Shown here piece after piece: positions 1 to 15,146 of a stretch of 64,000 nucleotides of DNA. The notes under the pieces are model-generated. The model worked only from the letters and a program-made list of their open reading frames with translations, did not search any database and was not told the origin of the DNA. The translations under genes were made by a program, and so were the position numbers. The DNA lies in assembly GCF_009914755.1 (NCBI RefSeq), contig NC_060938.1; one strand, written 5' to 3'. Within the stretch, counting starts at the first letter, position 1; each line of letters opens with the position of its first letter. Source of the stretch: the human T2T-CHM13v2.0 reference genome, Homo sapiens.

Positions 1-243
<243 letters not shown>

Positions 244-1629
244 GACCTGATCTTACGCAAATTTAAGCAGAAGAGAAGCAACCTGAGGAAAAACAACATT
301 AGTTAAGCAAAACAAAATAAACAGTAATATTGGGTGGTTAGAGTGAGGTCCCTGACCCACATTCGCGTCTTCATCCATAGGGGAGAGTTAGCCATTGGGA
401 GTTGATTTGACATGATTGTACTCCCCGCGAAGACATTGGTAATCAGAACACTGAGCTTCAAATTAGGGAAGAGTTAGGTGTAGCTCTGCAGAATCAGGAA
501 GTACCACTGGTGTCGGCTATTCTCCACTGTTATACACAGAAATAGCAAGAACCAAGACATCCCCTCTTATTGTTGTAAAAAATGTGAACGTCCTCTGAGT
601 GACAGTGCCGGGAAACTGGCAAAGTCTCCAGACCGGTGCCGGTAAAACCCCTGAGAATGAGACTTAACACTGAGTTTGAGCTGTGTTCCAGACGTTTCTG
701 GCACTTTAATAAGGGTAGTGAAGGCTGAGTAAAAATCTGAGTAGGATTTATGAGAAATGAATGCCAAGTGATACTGGACAGTAATCAAGTTACCACAACT
801 TCTAACCACTGGAGTGGCTTTTGATCTATGTTTTTGTACAAAGTTATAGCTATTTATATTGACTACAAACAAATTTCAAAATTCCGGAGAAAAGTTTGTT
901 GAAATTGGATTTTTGCAAAGAGATTATGCAGACTACATAGTAATGGCCTTTCTGCAAGAGTGTATCTACAATCAAAAAGTGATTGCATAGATGGTCCATA
1001 TTGGATCAACTAAAATTTATTGTTTATGCTGCCCCTTATTTTGCCTATTGAGAATAATCTTTTGTCACATTCACAGAGCCTTGGGAGAAATGCCAGGAAG
1101 CACTGTATACAGTTTTCTGAGACATTTAAGGAATATTTGATTTCGATGTTTTCTGATCCCCTGAGTTTTTAAAAGGGTAGTTAGAAAATAAGAGTACGTT
1201 TCTATCTTTATAAGTGAGACATGATCTTCTTAAAAAGGAAATAGTGCTTGATAGGGTAAAAATAATCCAAAATTTTGAGGAGTGCTGTAGAATGATTGTT
1301 TTCTCTAAGATCACTTTTTCTAAGGTGAGCAGAAGCTTTTAATTAATGTCGTTAGCTTGTAGTGTGGTAGGTATCATGGGTCACTGAATATAGGAATGCA
1401 TAATAAATCTCTCAAAATTTGAATATATGTGGATAAAAGAATACTGAAAAAAAAAAAAACAGAATGAGAGTGATCATCACATCATCAGAAGTCCAGGATG
1501 TACTTACTCTTGTGCAGCATGAATAGTTTCAGTCTTAACATTTAAAGAGTAGGTGTAAGCAGATAGACATTATAAGAAAAAAAAAAAAAACTTCTCTTCA
1601 GAAACCCAAAGGAGAATTTAATGCAGCAT

Positions 1630-1950
1630 ATGCATCTTAAAATTAACATGCATACAACTGAATTTTGCTATTATCTCAAAAATGGCTCCCCTTGCATGTT
1701 CATAGCTGTAAATGGTAACTCTGTTATATTTGTTCAGGTCAGAACTTTAGATTGATTCTTCACTCACTTTTCTTTATAATTTCCCATTTCATTAGCAAAA
1801 TCTATTTGACCTTTTTTTCAAAATTTATCCAGACTTGTAAAACCTCATACCACCTCCAGAACTTACCTGAATCCCTTCCACATCCATCTCACTCCTGGGT
1901 TATTCCAGTACACTCTTATATGGTCTCCCTTGCTTCACCCTCTTTCATCA
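1630..1950 (+). mobile_element. L2 LINE 3' fragment, left part, interrupted by an MLT1 element
   Basis: catcttaaaattaacatgcatacaactgaa...tcaaaatttatccagac resembles the L2a 3' region; L2-like sequence resumes near 3965. Confidence 0.6.
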
Positions 1951-3960
1951 TGGTATTCGTTAGGACTTTTTGCTAACATCACTTCTTTTAGCACTGGCCA
2001 TAGAGGAGGAATCTGCTTCTCTACTCACTTAACCTCAGACATGGCCATGTGACTTGTTTGGCCAGTGAAACGTGTAAGAATTGATCTGCATCCTTTCTGG
2101 GCTATAGCTTTAAGAACCAGAGTGACAGATGGAGCTTCCATAAGCCCTTCACTAAGATTTCTGTTAGGAGCCTAACTCCCTTGAGAACACTGGGTAGATT
2201 TGAAGAATAAGAGAAAAAATAAATGTAGCTTTAAACCACTGAGACTTTCAGGTTGAAAAACAGCTTAGTTTAGCCTATGTTACCTGAGACAGGAATTGTT
2301 TCAGGAGTTACCAAAGAACAAGACAGCAGCAACAAAATACCTGGCATTGGTTATGGTGATGGATGGTAGGTGTCAAAGAGATATTATTGACAGCTGGAAG
2401 GATGGTGGTTCATGTTCACATGTAGCAATGTGGAAATTAAAGGTTGTAACTACTGGATTTATAGCTTCAGAAGAAAGAATAAGAAAGCATTAGAAGATTG
2501 AGTTTCTTACTTTTGACTGTATTTTGACATGATATTTAAGGGAAGAAATTAATTAATTAATTTGCAACAAAGAATGAAAAGGACTAAAAGAAAGTAAAAC
2601 AATGTGGGAGCTTGGAAGTTCCCATGTATAACTAATTTCCATCTCTATCTAGTAAAAATAAAACTGTGAAGGCCTTGAAAAAGCAGAAACTAATTGAAAT
2701 GTAGTTTAGCAGCAGCAAGGGTCAAAACAAAGGCGTGGCCATCACATCCATTTAATAATCTCTGAATGGATTAGTTTCTCACCTAGCAAATCGTTTCAGT
2801 TGAACAGGTAGACATAGAGAAAAATACTGGGGGTGTGCTTTTCCCAGGATATCTGTTGTTTATACCTGCAAAGAAGTCGGGAGAGAGGAGTATAGTGCCA
2901 AAAAAAATTTGAGTGAGATTATTGGCACATGAAACTGACTGAAAACAAATAGGAAATAGGTGACTGTAGCTTTAAGAGCATTGTGTGTTAAAAGAACCAT
3001 CAACCTTTGAAACTGATTATTAGAAACTTAAAATAGTTCTTGGGCCCTGAACTTTCTAGAGGTAAGGAAAGCTTAGAAAGCTACTCCTGTCTGAATGAGG
3101 ACACCTTTTCTGATATCCTCTTCAGAAATATCCAGTGAGGACAATTTAAAAAGAGAGATCAGAGCCTGGGACCCCTGAGAATTACAGGTTGGAGATCTAC
3201 TCTTAGGAAGAAACCCTCATAATATCTGCTTAGTGGGAGTGCAAAATTTCTATGATTCAGTGGCTTCTAGGTAGCCCTGCATTCTTCCCCTTCCAAAATA
3301 AGAATTTTTATTCCAATCTTTCCATTTCACTTTCTTCAGACAAATGGGAGTGGCGGAGTGGGGAGGGGAATGATAATATAAATTGTGTTTTTTTTCCCCT
3401 TAAGTCTCTAAAACAAGAGGTGCCACATCTAGACTTCTATAGACATAATCATTAAATTTTGTTCTTTTAAATCTTAATATTAATTTTATTGTATAGGACT
3501 TTTGGCTTTTCTTCTTGGAGAGGGAATTTTGCAATCAAAAAAGAAAGTAAACCCAACATTTGTGACCATAAGGGAAGAACATTGATCAGTTGGGGTGTTC
3601 AAAAATAGCTAGTTGTTGTTAGGCATTTTTTACTATTAAAATTCTCTAACAAGTTGAATTCAAGCAGCGTCATGTGATTTTGCATGGACCAGTGCAATAT
3701 GAGCAGAATTGATGGTGTCACACAGAGAGGCAGAAGCTTTAAGAGCCAATGTGTGGTGTGTCACAGTATTTTCTTTGTACTCTGCTTATGGAAGCAAATT
3801 CACTTGTTTAGACCCCTGAGTAACTATTATGTATACAATCTCCTTTCCGACTAACAATGTAGATGTAGAACAAATGAGAGATAGCTTCATGGTTGTAATC
3901 AACTGAAATTTTTAGGATGTTTTCACTGCAGCATAACTTAGCCTATCCTAATTACTATTA
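1950..3960 (+). mobile_element. MaLR MLT1I/J-like element, LTR-internal-LTR
   Basis: Two diverged direct repeats (~1950-2290 and ~3590-3960) share catgtga...gccagtg...agctttaaga(a/g)cca and end in ttagcctat; ~1.3 kb internal region. Confidence 0.7.
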
Positions 3961-3964
3961 ACTC

Positions 3965-4500
3965 AAATTTTACCCACAACATAGAATACACAATGATCAC
4001 TTAAAAATCTGTCATGTTATCTGTCCTTCTTCATAAACCCCTTCAATGGCTCAGGGTAAAAGACAAAACCATAATATAAATTGTCTTTATGACAACATTC
4101 TGTCCGAATTTCTTTTGACTCTCCATTTCATTCTTTCCTGTGTAAACAATATTTCTGCCCTTACTTTTCTTTGCACGTGGTTAGAATAGTTGCTCTTCCC
4201 CTTTGCTGCGATTTCGACCTAGAACGCTCTTACTCCAATTATACACACAAATTTTTCTCTCACTTCCTTCATGTGTACTCAAGTATCTCTTTAACTGTAA
4301 AACTTTCCTGACCATTTTTATAAAATAGCAGTAACACCTGCTCTTATGTATTCATCTTAATTTACTTCCCTTTTCTCCATAACAGAACATAGTCTTGATC
4401 CACATTTTACCTCCTTTTCTTCCCACACCAAGTTGCATCTTGTAGAGTGAAGGCCTTTTGTACATATATATGCCTGCTTCATCTTGAATACTTAAGCTTT
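3965..4500 (+). mobile_element. L2 LINE 3' fragment, right part
   Basis: ctgtcatgtt...aaaccccttcaatggctc...agggtaaaagacaaa is typical of the L2 3' region. Confidence 0.55.
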
Positions 4501-5567
4501 ACATGCAGTCCCTGTAAACCCCTGATCCCTTAGCCATCCTTAGGGACCAGGGGTACACATACGTCTTTCGGAGAAAAGATTCAGGCAGGGAAGAGGCTAG
4601 AACAGGTACTAGAAACAAAGTTGGATCATTTATGCAAAGAATTCATCGACCTTAGGTATGCATCGTCTAGAAATGGGTGGTATGTTCTTTGTGTAGATCC
4701 AACCCCTGATCCTGCTACTTTTTTTTTTTTTTCCTATGTGGGCAAAAGGTAGGAAATTGGCCAGAGAAAGTCTGAAGTAGGACTTTCTATACCACAGGAC
4801 TCAGGAAAATGGCCTTTCTTCTAAGTCTAAGGGCATTGTGGTGCCAGTAAAGTTGTTTTCCAGAGACTCTTCCACAAAATGTTATCAGTAAGATCTGTGT
4901 GTTTTATAATCATAAACTCTTGTTGAGTTAGAGCTCAATAGGGGTACTTAAGGCTTTAGGTGGTAGTGGAAAGCAAAAATTGAGTCTTTTAGGAGGTAGC
5001 AGATGGTTAAACACAAATAATTCTTCTTTAGGAAAAGTAGGACATTTAATTTATTAAAGAGGTTTTTAATGAATAATTTGGAGCTTCATAAATGTGCAGC
5101 AAAGGCAATTGGTGCTGATTCAGAGACAACATTCTGCAAAATAACATTTCATGCAAAATAACTTTGGAACCTTGGGGAGGAAATGGAGGCCATTAATAAA
5201 TAGAGTATGGTTTTTCTAGCCAATGATGGTAGCAGAGGGTCAGAAAATCATGTTAATTGTACAGGAACTATTCAGTGCACAATATTGTATACCAAGATGT
5301 TCTATCTCCTGATGAGGCACATCTTCCTGTGAACCTCTGAAGTAGACATACATTAACTTTGTTTATTAAAACAAGATATCCTGATGCTGAGTAACTTGCT
5401 GGTGCTAAAAAAATTATTACATTTCCTGTGTGCCTGAAATCCTCCAGAGTAGCATGGCTATTAAAGGACAAGTGCTCTTTTAACAAATGGAATATGACCT
5501 AGGATAACATGCCAATTATTATTTAATTGCTATAGAAACATTTTTACATGTTTTGGATCATTCCCTT

Positions 5568-5667
5568 CATACTCATGGAATACTCATGGGATCATACTCA
5601 TGGAATCATGGAATACTCATGGAATCATACTCATGGAATACTCATGGAATCATACTCATGGAATCAT
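5568..5667. repeat. Compound minisatellite (ACTCATGGAAT with optional CAT)
   Basis: About 8 tandem copies of a TCATGGAAT core in units of 8, 11 and 14 bp. Confidence 0.9.
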
Positions 5668-5759
5668 TCAACTCAAAAAAAAAATAGCAAACCTTTGTTA
5701 ACCATGCAAGGAATTCTTTTATAATAAAATTAGCAGTAGAATTATTGGGCCTTCCAGTC

Positions 5760-6558
<799 letters not shown>

Positions 6559-6619
6559 TCCTAATTTTATGCATTTAATGACTGTAGAACGGCACTACTG
6601 TGTAAGATCTCTAAGACTC

Positions 6620-6805
6620 GTGTTATCTATTTAAATATAAGTTGATTATAATTAAATAAAACTGTAAAATTTAGTTTCTTATTCTCACTAACCTCTTTTT
6701 AGGTGTACAGCAGCTACATGTAATTACTGGCTACTGTGTTGGGTAGCATACAGATTAAACATTTTCCTCACCATAGAAAGTTAAGTTGAACAGCATACTG
6801 CTCTA
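6620..6805 (-). mobile_element. MER3/MER33-like hAT MITE
   Basis: gctacatgtaattactggctactgtgttgg...catagaaagtt matches the MER3 reverse complement. Confidence 0.65.
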
Positions 6806-6815
6806 TTCTTTATGA

Positions 6816-7127
<312 letters not shown>

Positions 7128-7169
7128 TATTTTTCTACTTTTTAGGAGAGAGTCCTTCCCTTTGGTCAG

Positions 7170-9552
7170 TGTCCGTTCATTTTGGCTGCTGTTAGAGAAT
7201 ACCATAAACTAGATGGCTTATAAACAACAGAAGTTTATTTATCACATTTGTGGAGGTTAGGGGGTCCAAGACCAAGGTGCCAGAAGATAAACTATCTGAT
7301 GGAGTCCTGTTTCCCAGTTCATAGACAGCAGTTTTCTTGATGAAACCTCACTTGGTGGAATGCAAGGAAATTCCCTTGAGTCATTTTTTAATAGGAGCAC
7401 TAAATCCATTTGTGAGGCTTCCACTCTCATGACTTAATCAACTCCCAAAGGCCTCATCTTTAAATATTATTATATTGGGGATTGGGTTTCAACATATAAA
7501 TCTGGGGGACAAAAATCTTCAGTTTATAGCATTTTAAGAATAATCCTCTTTGACTCAGTGGTCTGCCTTCCAGGATGACTGGGGCAAAAGTTTCAACTTC
7601 TGAACTTGCTGAAGCAGCAACCCTGCTCCCTCAGCTTTGCTGGCTAGGGCTTGGACTCTGACATAGTTCTGATGTGTGTCCTGGCCCAAATTGCGTGTTG
7701 AACTGTCATCTCCATTGTTGGAGGTGGGGCCAGGTAAGAGGTGATTGGATCATGAGTGTAGATTTCTCATGAAAGGTTTACCACCATTCCACATACTGTC
7801 CTCACGATAGTGCGTGAGTTCTCACAAGATCTGATCATTTAAAAGTGTGTAGCACCTCATTTCTTATTCCTGCTCTGGCCACGTGATTTGCCTGCTCCTG
7901 CTTCACCTTCCACCATGATTGTAATTTTCCTGAGGCCTCCACAGAAGCCCAGTAGATGCCAGCAGCATGCTTCCTGTATAGCCTGCAGAACCATGAGCCA
8001 ATTAAACCTCTTTTCTTTATAAATTGCCCAGTCTCAGTTATTTCTTTATAACAATGTGAGAATAGACTAATACAGGCCTCCAAGGCCCTGGGCCTAGATC
8101 CTGCACCTATGATGAATCCCTTTTTGGGCCCAGCTGCTCTCCAGGGATGGGATGCTAAGCCTGTGGCTCTTCCAGGAGGCCCTATCCTTTGAAATGGAGA
8201 TGAAGATAGCCACAGCCTCCTGCTGTTCTGGGTGCAGTCCATGGCACATTGGGCTCCATCTGAACCACTCCCAAGGCAGCTGGGGAATATAATGCTGGAG
8301 TGAGGGGAACAGAGCTCATAATTTGAGATACTGTCAAAGCAGAGTGTACCAAAGTTCTACATGTGCTGGTGACATGCCTCTCTCCCCCTGCATCCCTCCA
8401 ACCCCTGTTTAAAACTGCTCTGACCCCAGTGTTTGCACTCTGGGCCCATAATAGGAGTAGCAGCTCTGAAGATCTCTGAATTGCCATTATCCATTGTCTT
8501 GAACAATAGCTCCTACCTTCTGTTGAAATGCTTGATGATCTTCTTTTTGGAGGTGCCTTGCCCACATCCTTAGTGTTCTCCCATGAAGCAGGCTTTCTCA
8601 TTTCCTTCAACACAGGCAGGCTGAGAATTTTCCAAATCTTCAAGCTGTGATTCCCTCTTGATGAACAATTCCATGTTTAATTTGTTTCTCTCCTCTCATA
8701 TTTTACTATAGCTGTCAGGAGAAACCAGGCCACTCCTTCCATATTTCACTTAGAAATGTCCTCAGCCAAATATCTGATTTAATCACTCGCAAATTCTACC
8801 TTCCACAAAACACTAGGACACAAGCACAATTCAGCTAAGTTCTTTGTCACTTTATAATAAGTCTCACCTTTCCTCCAGTTTTCAATAACAGTTTTTTTTT
8901 TTTCATTTTCATGAGACCTCATAAGAATATTGTTTACACTCTGTGTTCAGCTCATGATTACTTAGGTATTCTCTAAGAAGATTAAGGCTTTCTCTACACG
9001 TTCCTCTTTTCTTTCCAGGCTTCCACCACAATCATCCTTAATGATTTATTCTTAGTAATATAGACTTTTTCTAGCATCAATTTCAAAACTTTTCACCTCT
9101 CTACCCATTACCCAGGTTCAAAGCCACTTCCACATTTGTAGGTATTTGTTACAGAAGTACCCCACATCTCAGTATCAATTTCTGTCTTAGTACTTTGGGG
9201 TTGCTAAAATAGAATACCATAGACTGGGTAACTTACAAACAGCAGAAACTTATTTATTACAACTTTGGAAGCTGGTAAATCCAGAATCAAAGTGCTGGAA
9301 GTTTTGGTGTCTGAAGAGGGCTCAGTTCTTGGTTCATACACAGACATCTTCTTACAGTCACATCACAGAGCAGAAGGGGCAAGAGAGTTCTCATGGATCT
9401 CTTTTATGAGAATATTCTTCCCATTACTGAGAGCTCTGCCCTCTTGATGTAATCACCTCCCAAAGACCTCATCTCGATTATCTTCACATCTGAGATTTTA
9501 TTACAGCATATGAATTTTAGGGGGACACAAACATTCAATTCAGTTTATAGCA
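7170..9552 (-). mobile_element. MaLR MLT1A/MLT1A0 element with both LTRs (~7170-7531 and 9183-9552) and internal region
   Basis: Two direct repeats share aataccata(a/g)act...cttataaaca and end in ggggaca...ttcagtttatagca. Confidence 0.85.
7659..8074 (+). mobile_element. MSTA-like solo LTR nested antisense in the MLT1A internal region
   Basis: tgacatagtt...gtgattggatcatg...agaaccatgagccaattaaacctcttttc...ctaataca; flanks ggactc/ggcctc. Confidence 0.88.
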
Positions 9553-10957
9553 CTTGCCTTAATTCCTGAGTAAAGAAACAGCATGCAGATGTGAAATTCT
9601 TATTCTGCCCTACCCTGGGGAACTGCCCGAGGGCAGAAAAACCTCCAAACAGATTATTAGTAGGTATCATGCCCTGATAATATTAATTGGAAATATAACT
9701 CTGGAATGGTGCTAAGGGCTATCCAGTGTTTCTTCAGCACACTCTGATAGAGCTAAATTAGCAGGCACCAATGTTTAGTGGTGGTGAAGTTAGATTTCTT
9801 ACCAGTTATAACAAAATGCTACTATAGGTGATATATTTTAAGATGTAAAATGTCTGTAAAATTGAATGTAAGTTTGCCACTTATATTGAGAAAATAGACA
9901 ATGATTATTTTATTGGGTAGGGCTGAAACATGACAGAATTATTCTGAAGGCATTTGATGGTGTTTTCGCTTCTTTGAATGCCTTGATTTCCATGCTCTGA
10001 TGATTTAGTTTTATAGCACTATAAATCACTTTGGTCTTTAGAAGAGATTTTAAAATAATTTATGTTAGAACTATTTTCTTTCATTTTTATTTTAACATTA
10101 TTTATGGTATTATATTGTAAGTCAGTATTGTGACTGATTTCGTTGCTGGCTTCTCTGTATTTCTGTTAGACTGCAAACTCTGAAAAGACAGGAACTTAGC
10201 CCAGAGTTTGACGCAAAACATAACACTTTTTGTGTTGCTTGACTGATACATTTAAGCCTCTTAATGTAGTAGCTTAAGGCTAGCCTCTCTGTTTCTGACT
10301 CACCAGCTCATCATCCACTTTAATTTTCCCTTTCCTGGCCCTTCTCTCTACCTACCTAAATACTCCATTCAGGATCTCTTGCTCAGCCCTCTCAACATGA
10401 AATATTAGATACCTTTGATGAGCGGTGATTTGTCCTGTTTCAAACCCTAGTGTTGCCAACATTCAGCTATGAACATTTGGGCAAGTCACTTATATTATCT
10501 GGGTCTAATTCCTGCACCTTAGATTATTTCTATCTAAACCCAACTATAAAATTGTACAATCTTCTAATGTCTTTGTATTATGTTATTATGAAACATACTA
10601 ATTTTTAATTCTATCATGTCTGCTATTTTTATAACCAAAAAAATCACCAAGCCTAAATAACTGTTTCTGATTAATTAGTAGAGATTATATAGTTACTATT
10701 TAACTTCATAATTTATATGATACAGTTGCATCTATTAATAAAGAAGATATATCACATAATGACAATGTATTTTATTGTCACAGCCCCATTACCAGAAGTA
10801 GAATAAAGAAAGCAAGAAGATACGTATAAGCACAACAGAAAAGAGGTAGAATAATATTAAATCGCATTATCATTAAAAAATATTTTTTGACCAAAATGAA
10901 GAGGTCATGGTGCCACTGGAACAGGAAAAACACAAGGGCATAAAAGTCATGAAAGGA

Positions 10958-11366
<409 letters not shown>

Positions 11367-12407
11367 TCAGTTGCTGTAACTATATGGCCAATCTTTCTGA
11401 AACCCTAGCTTAGCTACTTCCTGGTGCTTGCCTTTTGGCTTGAAAACACCTTGAAATAACCCCTTTTAGTACTTTCCTTGGCTGCAGGAATGCTTAAAAG
11501 GATTCTGTCAGACTTACCACTCAGAGAGGAAACATTTGAAGTGCACTGTCTGGTTTAGATAATACATTGGCAGCAAGTATTTTATTTCAAAGAGAAATCC
11601 ATCAATTAACAAGTGAACATGACAGATACGGTTACAGTGTTTCTCTGCGCTCAAAAGAGGTAGCTAAAGAAAAGGGAACTCTAGATATCTGAAGAAAAAA
11701 ATCACCCCTGGGGAAGAAAAAAGAGTCCCCTGAGAATGCAAAAGGCCCACAAAATAGATCTGTCAGATCCTTTCAGACTTTGATGAAAGACACAGAGCTT
11801 GATATTAGGAAAACTCTGAGCCAAAACAATTCTTCACTGTAGATGAATTCTAAACCCATCCAAAGGGCGAGATTAACACAAAAGGAAAAATGAACCAAAA
11901 TTTGGAGATAAGTGCAATGAAGAATATTTTGCCAACTCCGTAATTCGCTCAGGATATAATTTACCTACCTCCAAATCAGAGTTGAAACAACAAAACTTAG
12001 ATATTGAGATATTTCTGGGTTGTTCATCTGTATATGCACACTATTGAATACCAATGTATCTTAGCAAGAGCAGCATGAAAATTAACGTATGTTTTCTCAG
12101 AAGATTTTTCTCTGAATGTTAATAATATAATTTAGCAAACATTTACTGTTGCTTTTTGTGCAGAGTAATACATAGGTACTGTCAGCATTGTAGTGGTAAA
12201 TGACAAAGAACTTGTCGTCATAGAAGTTCCAGTTGAGTAGGACAGCTATTATACAGAGGCAATATGCCTGGACTTAAGTGGACATTTTTATTCCTGGAGT
12301 TGTAAAAGGTTATATAATTAGCAGACTCCTAAACATATAATTAATTATAGGGACATTAGAAATTATTTTTTAGTCTCTTTTGCCATCTTAATGTTTCAAA
12401 ACACATA

Positions 12408-14879
12408 CAGGTTGAATATTCCTTATCTAAAATGCTTTGAGCCGGAAGTGTTTCATATTTCAGATTATTAGAATTTTTGAATATTTGCATATACACAATG
12501 AGATATATTGGGAATGAGACTCAGATCTAAACCCAAAATTCATTTATGTTTCATGTATACCTTATATGCATAGCCTCAAGGTGATTTTATGAAATATTTC
12601 AAATATTTATTGCAGGAAACAAAGTTTGTATACACTGAACTATCCAAAAGCAAAATTGTCATGTCTCAGCCACCTATATGGACAATCTGTGGCTGTGTGG
12701 CATTGCCATTTTTTCTGACTCTTGATTCATATGCTACTAATAAGGCATCATTTATACTTATTCACACTTAACTACTTAATAGTAAAAAATATAACATACC
12801 ATTAATACAGTGAAAAAATAACAGCAACAACAAACAATGGCAGGCTTTCAGTCTCCACCTCAGACACTATGTTTTGAATAAGAGGTTACTTGATTCTATT
12901 GTTTTAGATCAGGAGAAACATCAGAATCACTTGAGGGACCAGGAAGTGTTCCTCTAGGGTTGAGGAGGCATTCTTCTGGATGACTTTTTCAAATGTTTCC
13001 ACCAGAGTCATCCGTCTCATTCACAGTGGTTTTAGTCTTAAAAGTCTCTCTTTGATTTTATAAACTGACATCATTTCTTGTTGTGTTATAAATGCACGGT
13101 GCTCTTATCCTTCCATAAGCCCATCACACAGTATCACCGTGTCATTTATGAGCACTTTTTCTACACTGTTAACATAATCTTCATCATCACTCTTACTACT
13201 ATCACATATATATATATATATCTCAACTTAGGAAAGGAGGTCACTCATCACTTTTTTCTCACTTGACATATGGAATCCTTCAAAGTCACCATCTTGTTTA
13301 TCATTATCACCAAACATAGTCACAGAGGTTGTACCAGGTATACACAACTATGTCTTTAGCCATCGTGTACCAAGCATTGACAGCAACATATAATGGCATC
13401 CTTCATGGTAAATTCCTTTTGAAAACCCTCCATATTTTTACCTCTGTTTACTGCTGTCAGCATACTGTTCAAGAAAGCACTTTTATATTTATTCTTCATT
13501 GATCTAAGGATACTCTGGCTACATGGCTGAATTAATGAAGTCACATTTGGGGAAAAGTGCATGCCATAAGTGTTATTTTTGATGACAGTTTCAGCTGGAG
13601 GATTATCAGAACAGTTGCCAACGAATAATAAAATCCTGCAGTTGTCATCCAGTCCCACTTTCCTGCAGGGAGCACAAGCTGCTGGTATAAAATGTTTGTG
13701 TAACCAATCAGAAGGCATGTCCCTGATGATCCATGCCTTTGTTAGGATACTTATGGACTGGTAAGAAATTTACTCCTTGAAAACAGCAAGTACTGGGGTG
13801 TACGGTTTTCCTTGTTGTGTGCCTTTGGCAAAAGCACACCCCAGCACAGTTATTCTGTCTTTGGCAGCCTTAGTTCCTGTAGTCACTGTCTCTCTGGTGC
13901 AATAATGCATTATAGACTTGTTCCGGCATCAGATTTTTATCAGCAGTGACCTTTGCAAACTGGTCAATGAATTTCTCTGTTGCTTTATTATCACCACAGA
14001 TGCAGCAGATGCTTTATCACCTCAAATCTTTAAAACTTTAATGTTGTGTCTTTTCTTAAATTTCTGTGATCAGCCTGTTGAATATTCATAGTTCCCTTCA
14101 ATTTTCAATTCGTCATGATAGATATTTGCTTCTTTCATGGTCAGCATACCATTAAGTGGCATGTGTTCACAGCGATGCTGATGGATCCATTCTTTCAATA
14201 CAAGATTGAGATCTTCATTTTTAGCTTTATGCAGTATTTTTTTTAATGTTTTATTAATGTCTTTCACGTTCAACAGAAAACTTCAGCAATTCGTCCTTCT
14301 GTTTTTCGGGTCATATATGGTGGTCATTCCAACACCATACTCTTCTGTAATATGTTTCATACTTACACTGCTGTCCAGTTTCTCCAAGAGCTTGACTTTC
14401 CATGCTATAAACATAAATGCTTCCTTTTTTTATTCTTACCACTCTTACTCATAGGTGTATCTGCAGGCCTTTTTGAAATTTTCAACAATGTCTTTATATC
14501 ACAAAGTGGAAATTGTGAAAAAAAAACCACAAAAATTCACAGTGGGTAACGCACATAGGACTCAATCCCATATATGGGGAGCCTACTATTGGTGCACCTG
14601 GCTTGCATATATGCTATTTTATTAAACTTTATGGGTGTGCTAGTGTGGGAAAATCTAGCATGTATGGAACAGATATATTGCAGTTGAAGGGGACTGGCAG
14701 GGTCTTTTTTCTTTTGGCAATGCCTAATAATCTGTATTTTTTATTTGTCTTTGACTGCCTCCTGTCACATGAGGTCAGGTGTGGGATTTTCGACTTGCAT
14801 TGTCATGGTGAAGCTCAAGAAGTTTCAGATTTGGGCGTATTTAAAATTTCAAATTTTCAGATGGAGGATGCTCAACCTT
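12408..14879 (-). mobile_element. Tigger4 (Zombi/MER46 family) DNA transposon, near full length
   Basis: TIRs caggttgaatattcctt... and ...ggatgctcaacct with TA flanks; internal transposase remnants on the minus strand. Confidence 0.9.
13356..14480 (-). pseudogene. Decayed pogo/Tigger transposase (CENP-B-type HTH and DDE domains)
   Basis: ORF 14070-14273 (KAKNEDLNLVLKEWIHQHR...PLNG...EYSTG, HTH-like) and ORF 13356-13718 (ILLFVGNCS...PNVTSLIQPCSQSILRSMK, DDE-like); broken by frameshifts and stops. Confidence 0.85.
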
Positions 14880-14972
14880 ACCATATTAATAAGCATTTGT
14901 TGGCTATTATCTACTTTTAATGAAAGGAATGATAAAAAGAATAATTATTGCTTTGTTTTTTCATTTTTTACT

Positions 14973-15146
14973 TTTTTATGAGCAATATTGACATTTTATA
15001 ATAATACTGATTTCCTAAAAACCCAACCTATGGTAAGCCACTTCCCAAATTCTCCACTGATTCTTTTCTCTTAGTATTGACACTACTGTGTAGTCCTCAC
15101 TCACAATGAGTATTGGTGGTCTATGTAACTATTGGAATATTGAAGA
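14973..15146 (+). repeat. Donor copy of the 174-bp direct duplication (copy at 21133-21306)
   Basis: Offset 6160; 4 mismatches counted by eye. Confidence 0.95.

Noticed and set aside
245-1130. Modestly CpG-enriched stretch with a 101-aa minus-strand ORF
   Set aside because: Too weak for a CpG island and no recognisable protein; may be an unrecognised repeat.
5568-5667. Possible CRISPR-like array or HSATII/III satellite
   Set aside because: No unique spacers, eukaryotic context, and the unit is not a (GGAAT)n pentamer array.
7835-8643. Two long minus-strand ORFs (135 and 153 aa)
   Set aside because: They lie within MSTA/MLT1A-internal sequence and show no recognisable domain.
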